Positions 1-13,473 of a DNA stretch of 64,000 nucleotides are shown in pieces. Below the pieces are notes generated by a model. It did not search any database. It worked only from the letters and a program-made list of their open reading frames with translations, and was not told the origin of the DNA. The translations under genes were made by a program, and so were the position numbers. Numbering within the stretch: position 1 is the first letter of the stretch; each line of letters begins with the position of its first letter. The stretch covers positions 1,302,001 to 1,366,000 of the forward strand of contig CM060733.1 of assembly GCA_030704615.1 (NCBI GenBank), given 5' to 3'. The DNA is from Takakia lepidozioides. Its lineage: Eukaryota; Plantae; Bryophyta.

Positions 1-8
1 AAAATAAA

Positions 9-651
9 AATTCATACTATATCATAAATGCTACATATATATATATTGAAATACTAGTGTGCGTTACGTACTATGGAACTGGTCCGGTAGGGCCGTTCCA
101 CCTTGTGGCGAGCCCATAGGGACGAGCCCGTGTTCCGGTAGGGTGGAACGGGCTCCACCGGACCCGTTCCAGAGCGTAACCGCCGCGAGCAGGGTCAACC
201 GGTGGCTATTATCTAATACTTTTTAAGATTTTTTCCTAAAAGTTATCAACTGGTCCTTTGTCGTAAGGGGTCACCCAGAAGCTACTAATATAGACTGTCA
301 GATCGTCGCATATATGTGTCATATCGACGGCCCATATCCAGTATATCGTAGCCATTTGTATTGTTGATCGACGGTGGGGAGACACCGGTTACGCTCTACA
401 ACGGGTCTGGTGGAGCCCGTTCCACCTACTAGAACGCAGGCTCGTCCCTACGGGCTCGCCACATTCCTAGGTGGAACGGGCTCTACCAGACACATTCTAG
501 AGAGAAGACTCCGGCCAAAGCCGGCGTAACTAAGAGTCACTTCGCCTCAAGGCTACTACCCCGTTTCAGGGGTGGGCCCTATCAAGGACCCGTTCCAAGG
601 CACACTAGTATTTCAATATATATATATAACATTTATGATATAGTATGAATT
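9..651. mobile_element. Foldback/MITE-like non-autonomous element with ~53-bp terminal inverted repeats and nested internal inverted repeats
   Basis: 9-62 (AATTCATACTATATCATAAATG...TTGAAATACTAGTGTGC) is the near-perfect reverse complement of 600-651. Internal GTGGAACGGGCTCCACCGGACCCGTT (~143-168) is inverted at ~400-426. No TSD identified. Confidence 0.7.
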
Positions 652-1856
652 ATTGTGAACCGTTTCTCCTATCAGGGCATGGCAAATGGTTCAGCATGGG
701 ATGGGCGACCATGATGCATAGATACATGAGTGCATGCATGGGTGATGAGGAACAGTGTCGAGCTCGTGGAGCAGCTGCAGGGGACGTGCGCTGTCAGGAA
801 TATTCAGTGATATTCTTGACATTTGTGATCCTCAGCAGCCCTTAGGACTTCCGGAATATGTAACGAGGGTTTCGCGAGGGTGGAGATGGCGGGAGGGGTA
901 TATGTATATGTTGGGTTGCTCTACACTCTCTGCTTGGGGATGCAACACATCTCAGGTAGGTTGTAGGATTTGCGAGAGGCAGAGGTCTAAAGTCTGAATC
1001 AGCTTAAAGTAGAGCTCTTATGTGAATGGGCATGTGATAGGGGGTGTGGTGGAGCTTCGTTCCGGGTTGTTCTGACTTTGGCCGTTCCACATTTGCATAA
1101 CCTAAAAGTGCAATCAGAGTATCCCCTCTTTTCACCATTTTTGGATTGTTGGAGCTGGTAGCAGAGATATGATTCTCAAGCGTTACATTATCACACATAT
1201 CTCTTTCTGACAAGAGCGACGAAGATGGACACATGCTCAATTCGTCGCACTCCGAGTCCGTAGTAATGCTTCGCTACATCGTGAACGTTGTTGACGATTG
1301 CGTATGGTGGTTGAGTCCAATCACATTCACTTTCAGCAACGTCAAATGCAGAATTGTCATCCTCTCCGCCCATATTCGTAATGAAGGTTTGGAAGCATAA
1401 TCTCTGGCTCTTCTGATCGCTATCCATTTTAGGTCCGCGAGAGCATGCTAGTAAAAACACATCAACGTTGTTGTTGGGACGAGTACCTCCGGCTGTGGAA
1501 TTTGTCTCTATTCTCATACTCTTCATGTTCATTCTGAGCATTTCCATTTCATCTGGGAAGCTGCTTCAGCTTTTTGCAGTTTAGGGTTCAGTCATGGGAT
1601 TTAAGACTACCAGAGGAGGCATACAGAACTACGATCGTCTGTAGCGTAAGTGCTTGATGTCTGAAATACTTTCTCAAGAAGCAGACGACACTCAAACAAA
1701 TATTGGCAATGGTGGTTCATAAATGGAAATGGTGAATGTGTTACCGGAAGAGAGAAGTGTGAAAGTAGCATAGAGACAAGAGGGTTATGGTTTGCAGGTG
1801 TTGAAAGGTATAGTGCGAAAGGCAAAGGATAAGCTTACAACTGGCTACGATTAGCA

Positions 1857-4800
1857 ATGGCGTCAGTATGGAAGAACCTGGGGACTCCAGAGACAACAGG
1901 GGCTACTTCAGTGGTCCCCACAGCGGAGATTGTTGATGATGACTCCTGTGATATCTGCTGCGGGGAGGATGGGGCCTGTGATGTCTACTTCAAACCCTGT
2001 GGCCACAAGGCCTGTGCCTCATGTGTGCAAAAATTGCGGATTGCCAATATTTATAAGGTGTGGGTCCTAATGGAAGCTGCAGTGAATTTTCTGTAATGTT
2101 GTGGTTGGGAACTAGTGCTGCTGCAACAATGAGTGGGATCTGTGAGAGTGTTTTGGTAGGGAGGATCAAGTGGATCTTGCAAGAATGTCAAGAATGCCAT
2201 ACCGGAGAGAAGATAACAATGAATATTCCAGGGCTTTACAGTTGCAACAACTTTACTTGATCAGTGAAGCAAGCAAGACTGATCAAGTTTCTTGATGCTA
2301 ACCCAGAGGTAACATGATGTGGCAATCACCATGCAGGCTGATAGAGGAGTAAGGTGTCCATTCTGCAGGCAAGTGATAGAAAGCTACCTAGATGCCCCTC
2401 CGCCCCACCAACCTGTTAAGTCCCCTTTCCCTCAATCTGTTTCCTTCCGCCTCCTCATAGGGGGGAACTTAGAAGCAGGGCCCAAAGGAGTGGCTGCGAT
2501 TGGGCAGCCCTATGGGCGAGGTGGAATAGTGTCAATAGGAGGCGGCAATGACTACATTCCTCCCAAGGGCGTCACTGGTTCTGATGGAGGAGGCTTGCGC
2601 TCAAGCACACGCATGGATGAGCTTCTTCCGGGATATATTGTTCCTCCCCTGAAAGACACAGATGATATTGTCAGTATGGCTTTGGATCGCACGGTGAGCT
2701 GCTTACTACGACTGTATGGGAGAGTAAAGTAAGGAGTAAAATTTTGTCTTTGTTTCTCCCACTCAGTTTTCCCGGTGCCTGATTTGTATTTTTTCTCGTA
2801 GCACTGAACTCACTGAACTCGGGGATACCTTTGTCCACTTAATTTTCCCATGGAGCTGTTGGGACAGGTACCTTCAGCAAAGTTCTATCTGTTGGAAGTA
2901 CCCCAAGTTAGCTGGTTTGTGGAGGTTCGCCCAACTGATGGGGTCGATCTCCCTACTGACATCTGCAGTGGTTCATCTTTAGATAGCAGTTTTCTAGTAT
3001 TGCCATGGATTGCTTAGTGTAATTTTTCTCTTGTGTCGGATTTCCAATGCTGTTTTGCAAATTGAAGATATTGTCATAACTTGAATATTGTGAAAGATAT
3101 GTGTGGGACCATTTTAGATGTTTGCTTGTGCCTGATATCAGGGGGAAGGCGGGGGTGGGTGCTCTTTTCCATTTGGCTCTTGGTCAGGACACTCAAGATG
3201 TGAGGCTACACGACCAATTAAAGAGGTTTAGACCACCTGTTGACTCTTACCAAGTGGGATTTGGCTGTCACGAATGCAGGGAGCGAGGCATCTCGACTTC
3301 ATGTTGCGAGAGGGGTATCCTAAACGCCATAAAGTGGCAAAGCTTTGTCGAGAAATGCTCACCCCCTATGTTGCCAAACTTGCTGTTCATCGTAAGCACT
3401 TCACTCATTAAGTGATGGCTGTTAGGCGAAAGTCCTCACAGTTGTGGTAGCAGGAAACTTTGGTTATTCCAGACTTGGGGGAGATTCACTCTTGTTGTAT
3501 AGTGAATGAAATGCTGTACTTCTTGCACAACTTCTGTATGGGAGTTTTGCTTAAGAGTGCAAAACTTGGGTTGACAATGGCTCCATACTTTGTGGTGTGA
3601 CTCTTTGAAATTATTTCTCCGCCTGAATTCATGTACTTATTTCGAGATCCAGGACTTTGGGTTGCAGAGTCTGTGCTGGGTTTGGCTTTGAGAGTTGAAG
3701 TGAGAGGAGGATGTGTGAGTTTGTCCATGTGTGCTGGCAGCATCAGGAAATTATGTGCTGCAGCGAATGCTGGAGTATGCTGGCTTTCACAGGGGGGAAG
3801 GCAGTAATTCTGAGAGCTTCTTCACCGCCATTGTCCGCTCTGTTGCAAAGGATAAGGGCCTGGTCAGGGCTGCCCAAGACCACCGTGGCACCTTCTCTGT
3901 GCAGAAAATGGTCATCCTCCACAAGTTACTTGTTGATTATTAAGATTTATACCTGCATAGTTCGTCTTGTTTTCTAGACTATGGATGGCGGTCCTCTAAG
4001 AATGCGTGATTGCTTTGAGTATCATCTAAGTGCAAAGTAGTTTGGTATTGAACTCACACAGCTTTTAATTCTCTTCTGTATCTTTACGAGCTATGTAGTG
4101 ACTGCTTCAGGAGTTCATTAGTAAGGACATGTGATGCAGCTGGTGAACTTGAAGGGAGTGGAGGAGGCAACTCTGGTGGCACATTGCATTCGAGGCTCCG
4201 TGGTAAGTAGGTGCCCTCTGCTGGCCATGTCTCCATTCTTAGTGATGCCCTAAGAGGAGATGCACTTTATAGTTCCTAAAAATGACAGTTCAGAATGGAG
4301 TAGGATATATTACTTAACTGTTATGCCTTCCTCTGATGTGGCTTTGCCCACAGTATATCATATCAACGTCAGCTCGTCATGATCATAGCAGGTTGCAAGG
4401 TGTGTTATTTTACAAGCTGTTAAGGGTTGTTGTAGTACTTTCTTCATTTATAAACTATAAATATGCCTTAAATATTTTGTGTAACTGCATATTTAGCACA
4501 TTGTAAATATAGTAATTAATACTAGCTTGTAAGCCAGCAGAAAATGAAAACAAACCCCAGGGTTATGTTTGTAGCCAGCCAACACCCTATCGTGTGGGTG
4601 CCGTTTGGAAGAACCCAGGTGAAAGTGGGAAAGAAGACTTGAAATGTTTTTAATTGCAGATAGTAGTCATCTATCTGTATCAGCTGGTTATGAAGGTGTC
4701 CTGGCATTGAGTTGTCCAAAACTATGCCCAAACTCAGGCTGTCACAGAAAATTGGAATTTTACCTTCAACTGCAATGGTTTTCAGAGTCTTAATCTGACT

Positions 4801-7800
4801 TTGAGTTCATAAAATACAGGCATTTTGGTCTATGGTCTTTGGATGAGGTATATTGTTATCAATTTCTGGTCCGCAGTGCCTCAATGCAGTCTCTTTGTTC
4901 TCTTCGTCAAGTCGTCTGAAACCAATGGGAATATGATGATTGCTTGCAGGTAATGTTGGCTTTGGACCAATATGGAGTTTATGTCTTGGAGCGGTTGGTG
5001 AGTCTGGCTTCTCACTAGGTTTTTCTTTGCATCTTGTCCCAAGCAAGGGTAGAGGCTTTGAGATTAGTATTGTATTTTTCATTTACCAATACCTTTTACC
5101 ACTTATTTGCTGGTCATGCAAACAAGCTATGGCAGTTTCATGCTGCATTACATACCTATTGGGTTTAAAACCAGTGAGCAACTCTGGGAGGGTTTGCACT
5201 TGGCAGATTCTACTCTGCATTGTAGAGCATGGCAGTTTGTCGGTGTTTTTCTACCAGTCATCTCTCTCTCTCCCCCCCCTCCAACAATTCACAATGGGAT
5301 GGCAACAGGCAGAAGCGCTTATTACATCACTAAGTGCAGCCCCGGGGAAGAAACCACGGGTTCTGCCCAAGGTAGCGGCCAAAATACTGGCACAATTCTG
5401 TGAAGAGATGCATGCTGATGCGAAGGCTCTAACCAGCATTGCCAAGCACCAGGTCAATGCCGACATGTGTGTTTCTGATTGTGCTAAACTTTTGCAGTGT
5501 TTGTGTTTGTGTTTGTGTTTGTGGTGACCTAGTTTTACTACTTGACTCCCGTGGCAGGCTACAGAGAAGAGGAGCACCTGTGTGAGAGAGACAGTCTTGA
5601 TTAGTGTTTCTGGAGCTTGCTGTACATAAGGTAGGTTTCAAAGGTGAAGCCCACTCACAGAGGTGTGGTTGCAGGTGAGTGGTATAATGCTGGTGGAATG
5701 CACAAGGTGGGCGCTACCACAATCTGAGGCCATGGGAGCAGCGTTGGCACTAGCTAATATTAGTAGTGAACTTGTGGGTTCCAAGCTAGCCCACCGAACT
5801 CTGCAAGGAATCCTCAGGTTGGTCCCTATGCGTAACAACTACATTAAGACATCCATGGCATCTTGATGCTGCCATCATCATGATCTGCTTTCAGCAGTAT
5901 CTCTACCTTCCTTGAGAGAATTTACCAAAGTATTGAGGAATCGTATCTTCTGGGACGCAGAAGAGGTTGGCTACGAAGGTGAGCCATGATCTAAGCCATA
6001 AAGTGAACATGACACTTTTGTGCGCTTTTGATGCGTCTTTCATACACAACCCATGTTGATGCTATGTGGATCCACATGTATGCACCCAGCTTTATGATCT
6101 GAAGAGTGCCTAAATTGTGTCCAAGGCCAGTGGAATCACAGAGTTTTTGTATACTGCATATTGGCTGTTAGGTTTTGTATTCTGTCACCAATGTTCCATC
6201 CAAAAGAATGTTCCTTTTTTGTGTGTGGGGATTTACTGGGGCAGTCTGGAGGTGAAGGAGGTAGCAGAGCACGTGATACATGGGCTTCGAGGACGATATG
6301 TTGAGTTAGCGACTGACATGTTGGGCTGTGGTTTCAAGCTGGTCCGTGCCTGTCTTGCCACACCTTGCGGTAATATCTTTCTTCTCTGGGCCACTTTATG
6401 CTTTTAGAAGGATGGTGACAATCTGATAGTGAATCAGATTCTGGGCATCATGCACTTGGATAGTGCTTTGACCTGTAACAAAGGCAGAGGCTCAAATCAA
6501 GTCTGCAGTCTATGACTGCCATACAGAGTGAAAACTACAAGTCTTTTTGCTCTTGTCGTGGAAGAATCTCAGTCACCAACACCCATTGTATAAGTGGTAC
6601 TCAACAGTGAGCTTATTGCCAGCTCTTAGAAACAATTCTACAATCTCTCTAAGCAAGAGTAGCACTACAAGTTAAGAAGTTCACAGACATCTCCTGGTCC
6701 TTTCACAACCTGTGAGCACTAGGGATGTTGTGTAAATTGAAATCTTGGTGTTGATAACACTCTATAGAGCATCATGTAGATTCCATTCCTAGCTGTTTCT
6801 GTCTACGTCAACAGAGTATGATGGTACAAGAGTGTAACCAGTGTATTGGTTGTTGGTTTGGCAGTGGGGGAAGGTATGAGGTTGCTGATAGTGGATGAGC
6901 TCCTTTATGCGGTTCTTCACCCTGCAGGACATATGTCCTTCCTGGAGATCCCATCTGGCTGCAACACGCTTGCGTTTGGGCTCTGCCTTCTCACCCGCAG
7001 GTTGTGTTCTCCTCATTATGGTAGACTTACGGGCCTTTGACCAAGGGGATGGCATGTGCAGTATTGTTAATATTTTACTTTTCAAAAATTATAGAGTTGA
7101 AATGATTAGTTGTATAAGTAGGATCGGCAGTAGTGGACATGATGTCTGGACTCTCTTTATTCTCTGCTTTTTAATGTTCAAATAATTGGCAGGCCTCTTA
7201 CAAATCATGGATTTCTAGGAAGATAGTGATTGGGCCCTTTGTCAGAATTGCAGGGTTTACATATCATTATTGCATATCCATTAAGCTGTATGATGCATGT
7301 TTCATTGTGGGGTGTATGTCTGTCTGTGTGGTCTTATGCTTTAGTATCTATTAATCAATTTTTGAGCCCTTGGCTATTCAAGAAATTCCTTTTTGGCTGG
7401 AGTGGCAGAATTTACATTTCATCATTGCACATCCCATGACACTTCAAGCAGTCTGATGGGTATTTCATCAAGCTGTGTTGACAAGAACTGGGATGTATGT
7501 ATGTATGTATGTCTGTTTGGTCTCATGTCTTCAACGATTTTCGAATCTACTAAATGGTGTTTGATACAGCCATGGTGGGCAGCTAGGAAAGTAGACCCTA
7601 ATAAAGTTATGTGTCCACTAAAGAGGACAGTGCTGGTCAATCAATGCAGGGTGCTGGATGAACGACTCGACACACTTGTGATGGTGCTTGAGCGTGAGAA
7701 GTTCCTGAGTTTTCAAGAGAGTATTGAAAAAATGCGCAAACTCTTCTTCATTGGGGTACCACCTTCCGATACCCTCCAAGGGGTGTCTGTGACCCAAAAT

Positions 7801-9813
7801 CCACCTGTCTCCTCAGCAGTTCACCATCATTTGAGTCACTCTTCTAGTTCTAAGACTCCTTTGGAGAATGTGTTTGGTCTTGCACAACCTTTGCATGGCC
7901 CGTTGGCTTCAGATCCTTGGTCAGAAGAAACTGCCTCCCTAGCTGTGTCTTCGATTAACCTCGCAATGGAGGAATCTTTGACAGGGAGAGGCTCTCAGTT
8001 GAGACCCTCTGCCCGAGGCACCCACTCCCACCTATCTATTCCTTTAGAGCCCTCTCTGGCTGGAGAAGCTAAACTTCCCTCAGCAGAGCGGCATTCTACA
8101 TCCACAACTGGAAGCACTGGTGGAGCAACCACTGATGCTGTTGGCCCAACAGTCACACCAACAAGCATCGCAGGAGTGGCGAGTACTACTTACACCCCTC
8201 CCCACCTGAGAGGGATTGCCACACCAGCTCTACCTTTCAAAATGTCATATGTTGCACAGTCTGGCTTTCCATCACCATCCACCGTGTTTGCTAGTTCTGC
8301 AACTGGGTCACAATCTCCTGATTCAGTCCCCCTTCTGCCTCTTCCTGGGCGGTATGTTGGAAGGCCAGGGTCATATGCCCCACCCCACCTCCGTCACTCC
8401 ACTGCGTCTGCTCCTCCAACTGGGTTTATGGACTACAGGTATAAAAAAGGTGCCAATGAAGGCCATGCAAATGTGCATCTTAGCATGGACCCAGAAGAGG
8501 ACAATGTCGGCAAAGGAGGCCAGATCTTGACTGGGGAACATGTGCCCACGGCTGGAAAGCTGAATAAGGTGCAACTCTGTAGTTCAGATGCAGTGGATGG
8601 TCAAGGAGTGGGTGAAAGGAAAGGTGGACAGGAGGGAGATGGGCATGAAGTATCAAAGTTGTCAGGAGGGCTCCGGCAACCTGGGATTTGTGCTGTCTGT
8701 AAGAGGGATTCAGCTAACACGGTATGTGTAAGCATGTCCTTCTATCGCGTGTGAAATAATTTCTTGCTATCTGTTGTACCTGACTTTTTCTTGGCTTTGA
8801 CTATCTCCATTGGCGGGTTGTGGAGTGGATCGTTGACCGACAGGAAGCCACGGTCTAGGTCTGCATAAGTATTTGAGTACTAACGCAGGTTTCACAAGAT
8901 GCTGAATTGCTTTTATAAGAAGAATGTATAGCTACATTAACGTTCAGATGCATGCATAAACTTGTTTATCGCAAGGATATTTATTCGTGGATACGTTTTC
9001 TCGTATGTGGGATAACTGGTGCAGGTCTTACTGGACTGCTCACACATGTGCTGTTGCACAGTGTGCTCACGGAGCATCAGTGTGTGCCCCATTTGTGGTA
9101 ACTGGGTAACGGGTGTGATTGACATTCGACCTGTGGGTCTGCCGCCTTGCCCATCATCAACTCTACCACCGCAGCTGCATGGGTCTCCCACGTCTTTGAA
9201 AGAAGCTGCAGTGGCAACGAACTTAGTAGCAGCTTGCACAGTCTCAACCAATTCACTTGACAACTATGGTGCAGTAGCTCAAGCCAAAGATGGCAGCTCT
9301 CACCCTCCAGCACCCATAAGGCAATTTCAAGGTGCTGATTTAGCAAATGACAACAATCTCAGCTCTCTGAGAGTTCCACATGTAATCCAAGTAGGAGGCA
9401 GGGTGCCGTATTCTCTTCAACAGAAACCCCCAGTGCAACCTTCAGGGATCGAGCCACCAAGGGCAGCAGCAGCCACGTCCATCTCTCCAGCCATTGGATC
9501 CACCATGATGTCAGTATCATCTTCAGTTGTGGGGGTGCCACAATATCCACCTAGAAAATTTTACCCCTCTCAGGAGCTTATTCCTGGAAATCAGAGGGGT
9601 TTCTCTGAGATTGGCATGCCCTTGACAGGTAAACACAGTTCCCAAGAGATGGTGCTGCCAAGTGAAGCTGACCCAACATCTGTGGCCATGTTATCCAGCA
9701 CTACAACTCCACCACCACGGCCGCCTCCTGCTCCATATCGCCCACCAGGATTGTATCGTCCCCCAGATATCCATGTCTGTACAACCTTCCCTCAGACAAA
9801 GGCTTGTTGTTGA
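1857..9813 (+). CDS. Multi-exon RING finger - Pumilio/PUF-repeat - RING finger protein (putative RNA-binding E3 ligase)
   Basis: N-terminal RING split over exons 1-2 (CDICC..KPCGHKACASC..|..CPFCR). PUF-like repeats in internal exons (GNYVLQRMLE and DHRGTFSVQK at 3740-3910, LALDQYGVYVLERL at ~4953-4998, further helical repeats 5260-7020). C-terminal RING split over the last intron (CAVCKRDSANT|VLLDCSHMCCCTVC..CPIC). GT-AG junctions visible; some internal exon limits approximate. Confidence 0.75.
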
Positions 9814-11989
9814 TTTGTTATAAAATTACGCATGTGGCTTCCCCACTAGAGCGGTCTCAGCAGGGGCATTCCCTAGTACATTACGAAGGTCCTGCAGAAT
9901 GAGTTGGAGGGTGTCAGCAGAGGCGGCAATGCTTGCCTTTGGTCTTGGCTTGACAAGATGGGACTTTGGTTAGAGCTCAGGCGTGAGAGGTGCCTACATT
10001 GCGCTGCTTGTCTGGCCGTTCTTCGGAGGCTCTAGAGTTGCTCCGTAGTTGTAGTTCAAAGAACCTTTTTCCCCATACTCTCACATTATAACCTATTTCT
10101 TAAGATTGGATTTTCTTGGTCTTTTTGGTGGTTGGAGGTGGAATGTAACAGTCGGTTTTAAAAGAGGTTAAAATTTTGTGAGATAAGAGAAGAGATGTCG
10201 CTCATTTTTTGTAGACTTGTGAAAAACTTGGTACAGGCATTTCAGGGTAATAATTACTGTTCAGAAGAGTGTAGAATGAAATTAGATTAATTCATTAGGT
10301 TTCTCTTCCGTCTGAAACACACGCCAGATGTGTGTCACAAGTATCATGATGCAGTTGCCCTACTTTCTTTTGCTTAACTTCTCCAAGAAGTACAAATTAC
10401 AGATTTGATTGGAGTGCAAAAACTCTGATTACTTTTATTTTTACTCTTGGAAGTTCTATGAAACAATAAGCATTCTTTGAAGCATATAATTGTGATACGA
10501 TGCTGAATTTGTCAAAGAAAGCCGGCGCCCAATTTGTCCACGGAACTTAGCATACAAAAGTTGTAGCAGATGGCAAATGAATTAGTAGAATTAGGGCGAG
10601 ACCTCACTAGCAGCAAGAGGGGCAGCAGCACTCAATTTTGGACCCTCCTATTGGTTTAAGGGAGGGCAGTGTGCGCCTACCACACTAGCGTCTGCTGCAG
10701 GCGGAGGGGCGTTGACATGGCTCCGACCTGGCGCTTACATGTCACATTACCGTGAAATACGGATTTCCAGGCAGGGGATTCTCCCACCATCGTGAAGCGA
10801 CGCGATGTCAAAGGTTCTAGGAATTGGTTATTTTTAGAATGACAAGATAAGGTAGTTGCGATTTTTTTGCTGCTGGGCTTATGCTATAGTGTGGTAGCCA
10901 ATTCATTGTCGCTTGGTGACATGGACCTATATCATCCAACAATCCCTAGCCTGCAACGTCCACGTCAGTGCTGTTGGTGTGCCGCTAGTGTGGTACGGGC
11001 CTTAGGGTAGAAGACCCTGTCTGGCCACGGACCCCATATTTGCCATGCCAAAGTACCCTATCTAGACCATTTTTGGGGCCATTATGGATCAACGAATAGA
11101 CCCTATCACAGCCACTATCACAGCCACAAGTCCACCCATAAAAGCCACCCTCATAACCCCTATCAAGGTTACCATGATGCTGCAACTTGTGTCTATAAAA
11201 TTAACTCCAATTAAGCACTACATGATATATTAGCATACCGGTTCTGACCAAGACCTACAAATATTGGCTTAACCAATGGTTTGCAATTATCTCTAATAAA
11301 GATATGGTCTTCTAGGACTAGGACAACCACCATACTTTAATTAAACCTGAAAGATACAAAGGAATCCATTTGAGATGGCCACTATGCATAAATGCAACCT
11401 AATATTTGAAATTCTAACGGTTGCCTCCTCCACGAGCTTGAAACATTGTTGCTCAATTGGTGGTCCCTTCTGGGTAGGTTGAGTAGTTCTAACATCTTCA
11501 TTCCTTCCCTTATCTCTCTCTTCCTTGAGACACCAACCTAACTTGTCTCTTGTTTCTAGAGGAATTCAGTCTTGGCCTAGTTTTCTGGCATTGATAAGCT
11601 GTTCTTTAATTTTGCTTATGGTAAATTCTATTTGGAAGAGTTTCATGTTTGTAGAATATTATGAATGCTTCACATTCTAGCAATGATTTAGATCTCATTA
11701 TCAAGATTATAGTAGCAAATCTACCATCTTAAGTTCCATGAAAAATGGGAGAGTGTGGAGTATACAAATGGCATGCCACATGGTACTTCTAGTGAGGGTA
11801 TAAGCAAACCACTCCATGCAGATTTTTTACATTCTACAAGTTGAGTATTTTGACTAAAGAGTCTCAAAGGTACTGCTATTATAATCACAATGAGCTGGCA
11901 AAAGTTAGTCTTATCACAGTCTCCTACCGAGCTCTTGGCTTGAGGCAAAATAAAAAGATCATACAAAAAGAAGGCAAACTGAAGTCTAT

Positions 11990-12309
11990 TATTGGCTCCC
12001 CTTTATTCTGAGGAGGAATGCCAAAATTGCTAGGCCCCTCCCAGGTGTCACCTCCTCTCTTTTGCTGAAAACTACTTCCATGATGTGCCTTCTCCAGGTA
12101 ACACCTCTTAAGTAAGGTATCTGTTATTGAATAACTTCTGAAAAATAAGCCGCAAACCGCGGAGGCTCTGTCCATTGAAGCAACAATTTTGACAAGCTGC
12201 CACGTGATTTATACTTAAGAGCTTTTTAGACCAAAGGTCTGTTGACCATATTTTCTCCATTGACTTCAACATGATGCAAAGTCTCTCCCCTGAAGGGACA
12301 GAGCCAATA
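11990..12309. mobile_element. MITE-like element, ATTGGCTC...GAGCCAAT family (long member)
   Basis: Ends TATTGGCTC / GAGCCAATA. The 3' part TTGACCA-ATTTTCTCCATTGACTT-AACATG-TGCAAAGTCTCTC is shared with copies at 42609-42773 and 61523-61691. Confidence 0.55.
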
Positions 12310-13473
12310 AATAGATAAATTGTCAAGTTCACTAGGGATGAGATTAGATTCCACTATTCACAAAGAGGAGCCATATGCGACTAGCCACTTGTTTATTTAT
12401 TTTCTTAACTTTGATGGAGGCCTTGTAATTCATATTAAAGGAGTAGTGGAAAAATTACCACCACAGTAGGCCAAAACAGGCTTCACATCAAAAGATGGGT
12501 GACACCCAGGACATGCATACACAAGCTAGCTTAACTATAGACAATGGGTTCTCTCTATTATTGTACCAAAGGCTGGGCTGGCAGCAATAAAAAAACCTAT
12601 TAAGAATTATATTGAAAAAAGTTATTTAACCTTTGTTTCTTAGGGCACTCATTTGGCTGATGTATGGTGCCTCATGGCTCCTACAAGGTTATTTTCCCCC
12701 TCGACTGCAAAATCTGCACCTCTGGCCACCTTTATAACTAAAAACATGCTCAGATCTACAAACCCTAACAGCTGAATCATGTTCCTAATACATTCCCTAT
12801 CTTCACTTAAAATGTCATGGCATTTTGTCTTTGGAATTGGAATCTCATAATATTTTTGCGAGCATGATGAAAAGTTTTTGAACCCTTTGCAAAGTAGGAA
12901 AAAAAATTCACAAATATGTTCGAAATTCCTAAACAGCTAAGAGCCTTACCCCACTTGCAGTTATGCTTGACCTAGTTAAGAAGAGCATTAGTTCCTATTA
13001 ATTGTGATTTGGTGCCCCACTTACTGTTTCATTTAACTTAAATGTGACGGTGTCCCATTGGTTGCCACATTTTTTTCTAATAATAAACAAAAGGGACCAG
13101 TTATCTTAATTGTCATCGCTATCTTCCACTTTCATTGGCTACAACCCACTTTTCAAGCTCCTAGCTTCCACACATTGAGTCCCTAAGAGGATATGTCCCT
13201 CTTAAAATTGGAAGATATGGATGAACTTGCTCTAAAATCACTTGGTTGCAGGTGTTCTTACGCCATCAGACCGAGGACCTCCAACTCTGCTTGTCTCTTC
13301 ACACCTTTCACTTTACCTCCCCATGAAACTATGGGCCATCTAACTCCGGCTTGTCTCTTCCTACCTTTCACTTTCCTATCAAACAAAGAGTGGGCCTTCC
13401 AACTCATGTTTATCTCTTCCTATTTCACTTCCCCGACAACCAAAGATGTAGCCCAGAGGTATTGGGTACATAC

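Noticed and set aside
1004-1547. Two adjacent minus-strand ORFs upstream of the RING-PUF gene
   Set aside because: No recognisable motifs or splice structure; may be a gene relic but unsupported.
11300-13470. Degenerate LINE reverse-transcriptase remnants (weak QG.PL-like trace near 12360-12420)
   Set aside because: Too decayed to support by eye; needs BLASTX.
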